Origin: Candidatus Latescibacterota bacterium
Lineage (GTDB): Bacteria > Latescibacterota > CBDEFO01
Direction: 5' to 3'
Assembly (NCBI GenBank): GCA_965248755.1
Contig: OZ252149.1
Coordinates: 448,001 to 512,000 of the forward strand
DNA length: 64,000 bases
Shown piece by piece: positions 30,360-40,223 of the stretch. Position numbers and translations under genes: made by a program. Under the pieces are notes generated by a model that saw only the letters and a program-made list of their open reading frames with translations, did not search any database and had not been told where the DNA came from. Position 1 is the first letter of the stretch, and each line of letters opens with the position of its first letter.

Positions 30360-30986
30360 GTGAAGCTACAACTTGCTTTAGATCTTGTCGATATTCAGGG
30401 CGCAAAATCACTGCTTGAAAAGGTCGCTCATCTGATAGACATAGCTGAAATAGGGACCCCCTTCGTTATACAAGAGGGCATGAACGCTGTTACTCAGATC
30501 AAGAATGCCTATCCGGAACTTGAAGTGCTGGCCGACCTCAAAATCATGGATGAAGGAGCGCTTGAGTCAAAGATAGCGTTTGAAGCCGGAGCTGATATCG
30601 TAACCGTGCTTGGTGTGACTAATGACATCACGATTCAGGGCGCCGTAAATCAGGCCCGCGCATATGATAAACAGGTGATGGTGGATATGATGGCGGTCAT
30701 TGATTTACCAGAGCGCGCCCGGCAAATAGACGCTATGGGAGCCGATTATGTCTGTGTCCACACCTCCACCGATGTTCAGAAACTGGGTCTGAACCCTTTA
30801 CACGAACTTGAACTTGTGCATCCAATCCTGGAGCATGCTGGGTTGGCGGTAGCTGGTGGAGTAAAACCAGAGATCCTATCTCAGATTGTGACTTTTCGTC
30901 CGGAAATCGTAGTTGTGGGTAGTTTCATAACCGGTCATCCGGATCCACGCGAGGCGGCCCGTGCAATAAGGGAAGGGCTGAACTAG
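30360..30986 (+). CDS. hxlA: 3-hexulose-6-phosphate synthase
   Basis: LQLALD, EIGTP, ADLKIMD, CVH, VAGG; GTG start 30360. Confidence 0.93.
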   Translation: MKLQLALDLVDIQGAKSLLEKVAHLIDIAEIGTPFVIQEGMNAVTQIKNAYPELEVLADLKIMDEGALESKIAFEAGADIVTVLGVTNDITIQGAVNQARAYDKQVMVDMMAVIDLPERARQIDAMGADYVCVHTSTDVQKLGLNPLHELELVHPILEHAGLAVAGGVKPEILSQIVTFRPEIVVVGSFITGHPDPREAARAIREGLN

Positions 30987-30999
30987 AGAGGAAGATGCG

Positions 31000-31560
31000 G
31001 TGAGCATACAAACATACATCGATCAGATACTCGACGAGCTAAGACGAACCCTGGCTCACATATCCAACGATCAGGGGGAAAAACTGACCAGGGCTATCGT
31101 AGATGCCGGGACTGTCTTTGTTGCAGGCGCAGGCCGGTCGGGTCTGGCGATGAAGAGTTTTTCTATGCGTTTGATGCACCTGGGTTTTGACAGCTATGTG
31201 GTGGGAGAAACCATAACACCTAATATAACGGACAAAGATCTGCTGTTGATCGGCTCAGGTTCCGGTGCAACTGAAAGCATAGTAGTAAATGCCGACAAAG
31301 CCCATAGAATTGGCGCTACAGTTGGCCTCATAACTATTCAGGAGGACTCACCTATCGGTCGGGTGGCAGATCTGGTCCTCACTATACCCGCCCCTACGCC
31401 CAAGATAGATAGAGACCTCGGCTTTATGTCGCTCCAGCCCATGGGATCTCTGTTTGAACAGAGCCTCCTCTTGACCCTGGATGCGATCATCCTTATGCTG
31501 ATGGACAAAACCCGGAGAGACAAGGATGCCATGTTCGAAAGACACGCCAATCTGGAATAA
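31000..31560 (+). CDS. hxlB: 6-phospho-3-hexuloisomerase
   Basis: GAGRSG, MRLMHLG, SGSG, PMGSLFEQ, RHANLE. Confidence 0.94.
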   Translation: MSIQTYIDQILDELRRTLAHISNDQGEKLTRAIVDAGTVFVAGAGRSGLAMKSFSMRLMHLGFDSYVVGETITPNITDKDLLLIGSGSGATESIVVNADKAHRIGATVGLITIQEDSPIGRVADLVLTIPAPTPKIDRDLGFMSLQPMGSLFEQSLLLTLDAIILMLMDKTRRDKDAMFERHANLE

Positions 31561-31987
31561 CGGAGTATGAACATAGCGCGTATTCTGGCCGTCTGCATGA
31601 ACAGAACAGCAAGATTCACATTTTAGATTACGGGCATGCGAGCGCGATACAGGAGTTGAAGCGGTGCGGAAAACAGATTAATCAGTGCAACTTTAGCTAT
31701 GCATTACAATATGAAAACATCATATTCTGAAAGCCAACGTCTATCTTAACAGAACAAAAATGAGCAAAGGCCGGAATCGTTCCTGCAGAAACTCAGCAGA
31801 CAATAGTCAGTCAATAGATACTGCACTTCCTCCTACTTTAGGCACCGCTGCCAGGCGGCGCGGCACCAAATCCCCGATAGATTCAATCGGGCGCAGGCCA
31901 CAAAGCAGGCTAAGCAATCTGCGTTATACTGCCTCCACCTTCATGCTGTCCAATGTGTGCTGACTGTTTGTCCTGCGACTATAGCTT

Positions 31988-33031
31988 CTATGTTACAGGA
32001 AGTTCGACTTCCGCCTCCCTTAAGTACCTTGCGGCGTCCTCAGGCAGAGTGGGATTGATGTAAAATCCGGTTCCCCACTCAAAGCCTGCTACCTTTGTCA
32101 GCCTCGGGATGATCTCAATATGCCAGTGGAAATCGAACTCCAGAGTTCCCCAGTAGCCGGGTCTTCTGGGTCCTGCCTCCGTGTTCGGAGCCGTATGCAG
32201 CATAAAATTATACGGTGGATCTGAAAGACTTACCTTCAATTTGGCTAAAATATCCTTCAAACTCTCACATAGTGCCCCTATCTGGTCCTCTTGTATATCC
32301 CCAAAATCATGAGAATGCCGGGTTGGAGCTAAAAAAACCTCAAACGGGAACCTGGATGCGTACGGAGCTATCGCCACAAAGTCTTCGTTTTCCATGATAA
32401 CTCTCTCCCCCGACGAAATCTCCTGATTTATAACGTCGCAGAAGAGACATCTTTCCTTTAGCATATAATGATCCTTGGCCGAATTGAGCTCCTGAGCCAT
32501 GATCTTAGGAGTAACTGGAGTTGCTATCAGTTGAGTGTGAGGGTGAGAAAGCGACGCGCCGGCAACTTCCCCGTAGTTTTTGAATATAAGGATATACCTG
32601 AACCTTGGATCCTTCTTGAGGTCGTTCAATCGGTACTTATAAGCTTTCACCACGAGTTTTAGATCCTCTAAAGGCATATCTGCCATATTCACAGTGTGGT
32701 CAGGTGTCTCGATCACCACCTCATGTGCACCAACGCCGTTCATAACATCGAATATACCGACGCCCCTTCGGTCCAAATCTCCTTCGATTCTCAAAGCTGC
32801 AAACTTATTGGGAACTACCCTCACCTTCCACCCCGGAGAGTTAAGTTCTGTCCCTTTATCCCTGAAGGCGAATATCTCGGGAGGCGTCTTATCCTCATTT
32901 CCACCGCAGAAGGGACAGAAATCCGGCATCGGTTCCTCGGCGGTTATATTGAAGTCTGAGGGTCTCCGTGCCCTTTCTGTAGATATTATAACCCATCTTC
33001 TCTGTATGGGGTCGTGCCTCAATTCTGGCAT
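31988..33031 (-). CDS. galT: GalT-family hexose-1-phosphate nucleotidyltransferase
   Basis: MPELR, CPFC, GAHEVVIE, ASLSHPHTQ, AGFEWG. Substrate may be ADP-glucose rather than Gal-1-P. Confidence 0.88.
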   Translation of the reverse strand: MPELRHDPIQRRWVIISTERARRPSDFNITAEEPMPDFCPFCGGNEDKTPPEIFAFRDKGTELNSPGWKVRVVPNKFAALRIEGDLDRRGVGIFDVMNGVGAHEVVIETPDHTVNMADMPLEDLKLVVKAYKYRLNDLKKDPRFRYILIFKNYGEVAGASLSHPHTQLIATPVTPKIMAQELNSAKDHYMLKERCLFCDVINQEISSGERVIMENEDFVAIAPYASRFPFEVFLAPTRHSHDFGDIQEDQIGALCESLKDILAKLKVSLSDPPYNFMLHTAPNTEAGPRRPGYWGTLEFDFHWHIEIIPRLTKVAGFEWGTGFYINPTLPEDAARYLREAEVELPVT

Positions 33032-33072
33032 ATTAACACCTCAGATCCCCGACCCCTGATTTAATCGGGGGT

Positions 33073-35235
33073 TCAATCGGCGACCAAAACACAAAACTCA
33101 AAGTTGCATTCCCATCTATCTTCAGGACCTATCCCTATCTTCCAATTGGGAAACACAACGGAGCTTTGATATGTTCTTTCAAAGCCTTTTTCCGATTGCG
33201 AAACTGTCTCCACAGGAAAACGCCATACGTCTGTCTTTCTATCAAATTTTAACGACACAGTCAAATTCCGATCATCGTCGTCTAAATCTATCCTATCTAT
33301 TCCTTCAACAGCTCCTGTGCTTCCTAAACTGCTATCCTCTAAGTCCACTTGTAAATCCCGACTCCGGATCTCGTAGTGCCTTGCTGGTCCCTCTCCTGAT
33401 AGAAATGAAAAATTAAACTCCACGCCGAACCAGAGTTCTACATCCGTATCCAAAGGGTTTTCAATAACGTAGCGCACATCCACTTGGGCGTTAGATTTAG
33501 ACATCTTAAGCTTCTTGGACACCGTCAGAGGTTGTTTCTTTTGTCCGTATATCCCCCCATCTCTTCGCATTGACACCTCTTTGCCACCATTTTGATCCTT
33601 AATATCGTACAAATAAGGTTGATTCACAAAATCTCCCAACTCCGGGTACTCGCACGCCTTGAATCCTTCAAGTGAGGCCCCTTCTCCCAGGAAATGATCC
33701 AGAAAGCACACTCTGTTGTACCAGTCATATTTGAGATAACGCTCGATTCCCTCCTCCGTCACCTTAGCCAGGTCGTGAATACTGCCAGGCCCTTCATACT
33801 GTTTGCCCTCCACTTCTACCTCATACCTGCCCTCTGCGATATCCCTATGATAGCTTTCAGGCCTCCTTGACAGAGTGTTCACCAGATTGAAATCTCTCGG
33901 CTTGTAGTCCAATTCAAAGAGTGACCCGCCGTAGGAAGGATCAAGATACAGATTCATCAGGCCGTTGCTCAAGATAACCTCATCCTTTCCATCCCCGTCA
34001 AAATCCAGCTCCTCGGACTCAATCCAATCTCCTGAACCTTTTTCCTCTTCATCGGAGATCCTTTCGGCCCTTATAAGGTGTCTGTAAACGGCGTCCCTTA
34101 GATGAGGCAGATAGAGACCTCCGAACACGCCGTGCCAGTAAGCACAGTTACACTGCCCTTTCCATAGTTCCCTTATAGCTTCTCCCTCCCCTTTTAAATC
34201 GGCTTTCCTGCTCACAGAGAGCATCTTTTTGTGCATATTGTTGCTCTCATCGTACTTGGCCAGGAACCCCCTCCAGAATCCGCCCTTTAAGAACACCTTA
34301 TACTTTTCTATCTCTCCTTTGTCCTTCAAATCCTCCACAATATCCTCAAGCTCCGCTGCCTTTTGAGATGGGAGAGTCCATTGGCTCATCTCAAAATAAG
34401 AGGCTGTCGGGAGGTATGCCCTGCCTGAAGCTGGATGCTTATCGGTGAAGTCCGAAAAGGTAGTGGTATTAATCCAATCGCTGTTCTCCTCCAAAGCACA
34501 AAAGAACTTCTCCAGCCACTTCTCCTTATAGACCCAATCGTAAGTCTTGGGCCATAGGCCGAACTTCTCTCCGTCATCAACGATCACCGATAACCTGTCT
34601 CGATTCAGAGAGGCCGGATCGCTCTCAGTGGCCATCTCTCGTAGATAATCGACTGTAAATTCTGGCAACTTGAACGGAATTCCGTATCTCAGCCTTTCGC
34701 TTATCGGAAAGATAGAGAGCACATACCCCTGTTCTTCAGTATTGAAATATCCGTAGAGTTCCTCTTCGTTGAATCCGGCGCTTTTGAAGTGATAATCGTC
34801 GAGGGCTACATACTTTATCCCCGCCTCAGCCAGCGGCTTGGATAGGTGAGGCTCCCATACCCTTTCAGGCAGCCACATCCCCCTTGCCTCGTACCCGAAC
34901 CTATCCTTGATGTAATCAGTCAACATCTGTATTTGACCTATCTTATCTCTGTCGGGGATAATAGGCATAATAGGCTCGTAGAATCCCCCGGTCATCATCT
35001 CGACTTGTCCTCTATCTACTAACTCTTTCAGCATAGCGATAAACTCAGGTCTCTTTTGCTCTATCCATTCCAGAAGACAGCCGGAATAGTGCAGAACCAT
35101 CTTTATAGAGGGGTGCCTTGAAAGGATCTGGATAAAGGGCAGATACGACTTTTCGTAGGCCATTTGAAAGACAGAGTCAAAATTCCCCACTGGTTGATGG
35201 CAGTGTATCCCGAATATGAGATTTATCCTCTTCAT
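33073..35235 (-). CDS. GH57 alpha-amylase / 4-alpha-glucanotransferase (DUF1925/DUF1926)
   Basis: HCHQP, WLPERVWEP, DDGEKFG, QCNCAYWHGVFGG; ATGA overlap with the upstream gene. Confidence 0.92.
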   Translation of the reverse strand: MKRINLIFGIHCHQPVGNFDSVFQMAYEKSYLPFIQILSRHPSIKMVLHYSGCLLEWIEQKRPEFIAMLKELVDRGQVEMMTGGFYEPIMPIIPDRDKIGQIQMLTDYIKDRFGYEARGMWLPERVWEPHLSKPLAEAGIKYVALDDYHFKSAGFNEEELYGYFNTEEQGYVLSIFPISERLRYGIPFKLPEFTVDYLREMATESDPASLNRDRLSVIVDDGEKFGLWPKTYDWVYKEKWLEKFFCALEENSDWINTTTFSDFTDKHPASGRAYLPTASYFEMSQWTLPSQKAAELEDIVEDLKDKGEIEKYKVFLKGGFWRGFLAKYDESNNMHKKMLSVSRKADLKGEGEAIRELWKGQCNCAYWHGVFGGLYLPHLRDAVYRHLIRAERISDEEEKGSGDWIESEELDFDGDGKDEVILSNGLMNLYLDPSYGGSLFELDYKPRDFNLVNTLSRRPESYHRDIAEGRYEVEVEGKQYEGPGSIHDLAKVTEEGIERYLKYDWYNRVCFLDHFLGEGASLEGFKACEYPELGDFVNQPYLYDIKDQNGGKEVSMRRDGGIYGQKKQPLTVSKKLKMSKSNAQVDVRYVIENPLDTDVELWFGVEFNFSFLSGEGPARHYEIRSRDLQVDLEDSSLGSTGAVEGIDRIDLDDDDRNLTVSLKFDRKTDVWRFPVETVSQSEKGFERTYQSSVVFPNWKIGIGPEDRWECNFEFCVLVAD

Positions 35236-37436
35236 ACGTACCACATCGTCTCCAGAAAATCCTTCCCGGGGACCTCTACTGTCATGGCTCCGTGCAGAGG
35301 CCACACCTCCGTCTGTGAACCACCCTTCACAACGTATATCCTTACCCCAACGCTCTCTCCCTTCGACGCTCCTAGGGTGTCAAACGGCACCTTTACCTCG
35401 AACACCTTATCTACTCCTACTTCGATATCTGGGAAGTTCTTATTGTTATTCTCAAGGGACATATCGAGTCTCAATCTATCTTTCCCCACAACCTCTATCG
35501 CGACAGAGATGCCTTCATCTCTCATCTGGTCGGGACTTATTGTCGTATCCACTCTCAGATAGAGATTCTCTAGATCGAAGCCGTAATGCACGTTCTTCAA
35601 AATCGTTCCTCCTCGATGCATCGAACCCCTTTCGCCACCCACAGTTTGGCATCCTGCGCTCAACCACTCATAGTACCCTGTCACCTTCCCATCTATAACG
35701 GGGAATATGAAATCCACAGGCTCCTTGAAAGGGAGTCGCTTCTCCACCTTTGTAAGAGGAACATCCAGATATCCCGGGGGTTCTTCGCCTATCAACCGGT
35801 AGAAATTCTTCAGATGACCTCTGAAGAGACAGTCGAACTGCTCATCGTGTGATGACGAATGATCGGCCCCGTACCACCAGAACCAGTCGCTTCCCTGGGC
35901 GATATAGATCTCATCTTGCGCTCTTTTTACTGCACGAGATCCCCTCCGATTAAATCGGGGGGGATCCTCTTTCAGACTGTCCAGTTCATCACCAGCCATT
36001 TTCAGATACTCCCAGCCCCTATTCTCCTCTTCGTCGCCTATCCAGGTCCCGAAATTGGCGTCTATCCACGAACCCGGAAATATCCTGTTCAAACGCGTCC
36101 CTTCAGGGTGCATCTTTAGAAAAGAATTAAAAGTTATAGTCTTTAATCCTTGGGTGTTACTCAGCTTCTTGTACAGCGCCCTTAGAAACTCGGCTCCATT
36201 TTCCCTGTAATTCTCCCAGGCGTTCTCACCATCCAATATTATCGAAACTATGTGCGCTCCGCTGTCTGCCTCAATGCCGTCTCTTATATTCAAAAGCCGC
36301 CCCACGAAGTCCTCCGCCGCTTTTTTGGCATCCCATGTTTGATACACAAACCCTATAAGGTCGGACAATTTGTGGTCTCTGAAGAAGAGCTTTATGTCCC
36401 CGATTGACTCCCCCCCGATTAAATCGTGGGTTAAATCCGAGGCCGGGGATTTGTCTCCATCTCCGAAGCTGTACATCCGAAAGGGCGTTCCGCTTTTTCC
36501 GTTTAGCTTGAGAGACTCCCTCAAAACTCCGTCGTCACTTGCCATCCAATCTATCCCCAAACCGGCGGCGATATTCCCAACTTCCTGGCTTATCGAACCT
36601 TCAGATGGCCACATTCCAGAAGGAGTTTTTCCGAGAATCCTATTGTGAAACTCTAAAGCTTCCACAATCTGAGCCCTGGCATCCCCTGGCCTTTTTAACT
36701 TCAAGCGGGGGAGCTTCGCTTGCGGAAGACCCTCCCTTGCTGAATCAGTATCGCACAAAAGCGGCAATATGGGATGATAAAAGGGACTAGTAGATATTTC
36801 GATCCTTTCTTCATCCCACAATCTTCTGTAAATCTGGGTTATCTTGCCTATAATTTCTCTTTCCAACTCAAGGAGGCCCCTCTTATCGTCTTCAGAATAG
36901 CCCCTTCCCTTCCTCAAAAGTTCCACTATCTGATCTTTCTCTTTCAGACTATTCCCGCACCACGCCAGATTGAAGCAGACCTGAAGGTCCAGAAAATCCT
37001 CCTTCTTAAACCTCTGTACTGCCCTTTCCAGATTATCCACGTCCCTACGTCTCATCGCATAGAGTTCATAATATCTCTTAAAGGGTTTTATCATATTCTC
37101 AAAATTTGCGTGGAAGAAATTTTCCAAGATAAAGACCTTATCATCCAAAGAGAGTTCTTCGGCCTCCTTTTTCGTCAGCTCCAAGAATTTATCGCTGGCC
37201 TTTCCCTCAGCGTAATCCTTCAACTGGACTAAAAGCGATGGGACCAAATTAAACGTCACCCTCACCTCCTCGCATTCATCCACGATAGCTGCCATATCGT
37301 AATAATCCTTAATACCGTGCAGATACACCCATGGTAGAATGTACTCCCCTGAGGAAAGGTCCTTATAAAATGGCTGGTGCATGTGCCACAAAAACGCCAC
37401 ATAGAGCGGATCTCCCGATTTTGTCGAAGCATCCAC
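35232..37436 (-). CDS. GH57 glycoside hydrolase (amylopullulanase-like)
   Basis: WHMHQP, HPILPL, WPSEG, LDGENAWE, GSDWFWW. Confidence 0.92.
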   Translation of the reverse strand: MDASTKSGDPLYVAFLWHMHQPFYKDLSSGEYILPWVYLHGIKDYYDMAAIVDECEEVRVTFNLVPSLLVQLKDYAEGKASDKFLELTKKEAEELSLDDKVFILENFFHANFENMIKPFKRYYELYAMRRRDVDNLERAVQRFKKEDFLDLQVCFNLAWCGNSLKEKDQIVELLRKGRGYSEDDKRGLLELEREIIGKITQIYRRLWDEERIEISTSPFYHPILPLLCDTDSAREGLPQAKLPRLKLKRPGDARAQIVEALEFHNRILGKTPSGMWPSEGSISQEVGNIAAGLGIDWMASDDGVLRESLKLNGKSGTPFRMYSFGDGDKSPASDLTHDLIGGESIGDIKLFFRDHKLSDLIGFVYQTWDAKKAAEDFVGRLLNIRDGIEADSGAHIVSIILDGENAWENYRENGAEFLRALYKKLSNTQGLKTITFNSFLKMHPEGTRLNRIFPGSWIDANFGTWIGDEEENRGWEYLKMAGDELDSLKEDPPRFNRRGSRAVKRAQDEIYIAQGSDWFWWYGADHSSSHDEQFDCLFRGHLKNFYRLIGEEPPGYLDVPLTKVEKRLPFKEPVDFIFPVIDGKVTGYYEWLSAGCQTVGGERGSMHRGGTILKNVHYGFDLENLYLRVDTTISPDQMRDEGISVAIEVVGKDRLRLDMSLENNNKNFPDIEVGVDKVFEVKVPFDTLGASKGESVGVRIYVVKGGSQTEVWPLHGAMTVEVPGKDFLETMWYV

Positions 37437-37437
37437 T

Positions 37438-38697
37438 CTATTTCTCCCTCCTGACTTCCACCTTCAAAACCCTCCTGTCGGTCGCATTCACAACCCTGAA
37501 CCATACGCCCTCTTGTGACATAGTCTCCCCTACCTTGGGTATCCTTCCGAAAAACGAGATGAGCATTCCGCCTATCGTCTCGTAATCCTCCTTTTCAATC
37601 TTCAAGCCAAGTTTTTCGTTCAATTCATCTATCTCCATCCTACCTTCTACGACTACTGCATCCCTTGTGAGCTCAATTCCGCTTGATCTATCGTATTCAT
37701 CCTCTATTTCTCCCACGACTTCCTCTACAATATCTTCCAAGGTTACTATCCCGGAGATTCCCCCATACTCATCCACGACCGTACCCATATGCTTCCCGTT
37801 GGCCCTTAGATCGGCCAGAACTTCCTCGGCGCTTTTCGTCTCAGGTACGATATAGACGTCGTCCATGACCTCTTGAACAGGGGCATTTTCGTCCAACCCT
37901 ATTAGATCGACGGCGTGAACCATGCCCACCACATTATCCACTCTGTCTCTATAGACCGGAATCCTCGAATGTCCCGTCTGGATCATCAATTTTGCAGTAT
38001 GACCAACATTTTCAGCCACAGACACAGCCACAATATCTATCAGGGGGACCATAATCTCCCTAGTTCTGAGCTCCCCAAAGTGGAATATATGGTGGATCAT
38101 TCTTCTTTCATCTCTGTGCAGAGCTCCGTGCCTTTCACCCTCCCTTACGAGTATCTGAATCTCATCTCTGGTGACAAAAGGGCTTTTATTTTTGACATCG
38201 ACGCCAACTATCTTGGCAATAAGATTTGAAATAGAAGTAACAATCGCCACAATGGGGAGCATGGCAAAATACGACACCTTCAGAGGAAAGATTGTTACGA
38301 GGACCAACCTGTCGGCATACTGCCTTGCCAGGGACATCGGCACTATCTCGCCGAAGATAAGGATCAGAGGCCACATAATCGCTGCAGAGACTATAGCCAC
38401 AAGGTCGTTGCTCACCCATTCGACCGCCAGGCTCGCAGCGACTGCAGACCCTGCGACAATAGGCAAGTTCACTCCCACCATCGTAGCTGCCAAGAATTTC
38501 TGTGGCTCATCCAAAAAATCCACGGCAACCTTTGCCAGCCTGTTACCGCTTTCGGACAGATGGCGCAATTTTAGCCTGTTGCAGGAGAGCATAACCATCT
38601 CAACTCCGCTAAAAAACGCCTGTGTTACCAGGCACATAAGGATGATGATTATTCCTGTAAGTTCACTCAAAGTATCCGGCGCTCTCCTTTTTAACAA
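37438..38697 (-). CDS. CNNM/DUF21-CBS-CorC (hemolysin-family) transporter
   Basis: [33 protein letters not shown]. Confidence 0.9.
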   Translation of the reverse strand: MLKRRAPDTLSELTGIIIILMCLVTQAFFSGVEMVMLSCNRLKLRHLSESGNRLAKVAVDFLDEPQKFLAATMVGVNLPIVAGSAVAASLAVEWVSNDLVAIVSAAIMWPLILIFGEIVPMSLARQYADRLVLVTIFPLKVSYFAMLPIVAIVTSISNLIAKIVGVDVKNKSPFVTRDEIQILVREGERHGALHRDERRMIHHIFHFGELRTREIMVPLIDIVAVSVAENVGHTAKLMIQTGHSRIPVYRDRVDNVVGMVHAVDLIGLDENAPVQEVMDDVYIVPETKSAEEVLADLRANGKHMGTVVDEYGGISGIVTLEDIVEEVVGEIEDEYDRSSGIELTRDAVVVEGRMEIDELNEKLGLKIEKEDYETIGGMLISFFGRIPKVGETMSQEGVWFRVVNATDRRVLKVEVRREK

Positions 38698-38726
38698 TTA
38701 AGTGGCCAGGCGTGCCCCCGCCGCTA

Positions 38727-38809
38727 AGATTGCTTGGGTCTTAGGTCCCCTCGCAATGATCGAAGAGAAAGCCAAACGATGTCATCGCGAGCAACAGCAA
38801 AGCTATTTC
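38727..38809. repeat. Degenerate GTCATTGCGAG-family repeat pair
   Basis: agattgctt...ctcgcaatga followed by gtcatcgcgagc. Confidence 0.65.
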
Positions 38810-38848
38810 TTAAACAGGACATCACCTCCCTGCGTACTTTCCACTTGT

Positions 38849-40123
38849 TTAATCTGTGTCCTCTGAAGAAAGTTCCCCCTGATCTTTTAGCTTTCTGACT
38901 TCAACCAAATGTATCCTGTTTGCCTCTGCCTCTGTAACCACAAACTCCATATTATCGTGCACTAACTTATACCCTACATCAGGTATCTTTCCCAGGCGAC
39001 CAATTATAAATCCTCCAATTGTCTTATGAGCCTCGTCCTGAAGATTCGTACCAAATACCTCGTTGAAGGCGTCAAGCTCTATTTGGCCGGCTACCCTCAC
39101 GGTCATCGAATCAATCCTTTCAAACAAAGTATCCGTTTCCTCTTTATCAGCTACCTTGCCGAATATTTCCTCCAAAAGGTCCTCCATAGTGACTAAACCC
39201 GACACAGAGCCGTACTCATCCACCGCCAGAGCGATGTGGATTCTATCCCGCCTGAATTCCCTCAGAATCTCTCCTGCCCGCTTTTGCTCAGGCACGAACG
39301 ACACAGAGCGCAGTCTCCTGCTCATCTCAAAGTCATCTTTGCCCTTAGCTCCTAAAAGGTCCTTAGCGTAGAGGATCCCGACCACATTGTCAAAATCACC
39401 CTTGTAGACCGGTATCCTGGAATATCTTTTCTCCCTTATCGAACTTATAACTTCATCTATAGGGGAGTCTATATCCAGCGTGAACATCTGAGTCTTGGGA
39501 CTCATCACGTCTGCGGCCCTTTTTTTTCCCAGGTCTATCACCCGTTGCATCATCTCTTTTTCCTTTAGATCGAGCACACCTTCCTGCCCTCCCGCCTCAA
39601 GAGCAACCTTCAATTCCTCCTCCGTAATTCCCGATTCAGGGGGAGGTTCCCCCATGCTTACCAGCCTGATTATAAGGTCCACAATCGCTCTTACCAATCT
39701 CCTCACCGGAAATATGACTTTCGACACCGTGCTTATGATGGGCGCCACTGTAAAAGAAATTCGCTCGGCGTTATGAATTGCTATTGTCTTGGGGGCGATC
39801 TCTCCGAACACTAATATCAAAAAGCCCATAACGACGATAGATATTTCCAGCCCCATCTCGCCTAAAACCCGCTCGGCTATACGCTCGGCTAGAGTTGAAG
39901 AATAGATATTCACAAACATGTTCACCGACAAGATAGAGATCAAGACTCTCCGTGGGTTCTTTAAAAGTTCCACTATGAGCTTACCCTTCTTATCCTCCTC
40001 CTGTTCAAACCTTTCTAATCTCACCTGGCTTAAAGAGAAAAGCGCGCACTCAGAACCTGAGAAGAACGCTGATAAAAAAAGCAGGATTACCAAGATCAAT
40101 AATTGAAGCCATAGATATTCCAT
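38849..40123 (-). CDS. CNNM/DUF21-CBS-CorC (hemolysin-family) transporter
   Basis: FFSGSE, FGEIAPK, YSRIPVY, VDEYGS, TMEDLLEE. Confidence 0.9.
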   Translation of the reverse strand: MEYLWLQLLILVILLFLSAFFSGSECALFSLSQVRLERFEQEEDKKGKLIVELLKNPRRVLISILSVNMFVNIYSSTLAERIAERVLGEMGLEISIVVMGFLILVFGEIAPKTIAIHNAERISFTVAPIISTVSKVIFPVRRLVRAIVDLIIRLVSMGEPPPESGITEEELKVALEAGGQEGVLDLKEKEMMQRVIDLGKKRAADVMSPKTQMFTLDIDSPIDEVISSIREKRYSRIPVYKGDFDNVVGILYAKDLLGAKGKDDFEMSRRLRSVSFVPEQKRAGEILREFRRDRIHIALAVDEYGSVSGLVTMEDLLEEIFGKVADKEETDTLFERIDSMTVRVAGQIELDAFNEVFGTNLQDEAHKTIGGFIIGRLGKIPDVGYKLVHDNMEFVVTEAEANRIHLVEVRKLKDQGELSSEDTD

Positions 40124-40223
40124 TTTCGGAACCTATGATAAAAAAAGGCGTTAAAAGGCCGACGGACTCTGTCAAAGATTATATCGACTCTTCAAACACC
40201 TCCACCAACAAGCGTTCAGCCCT

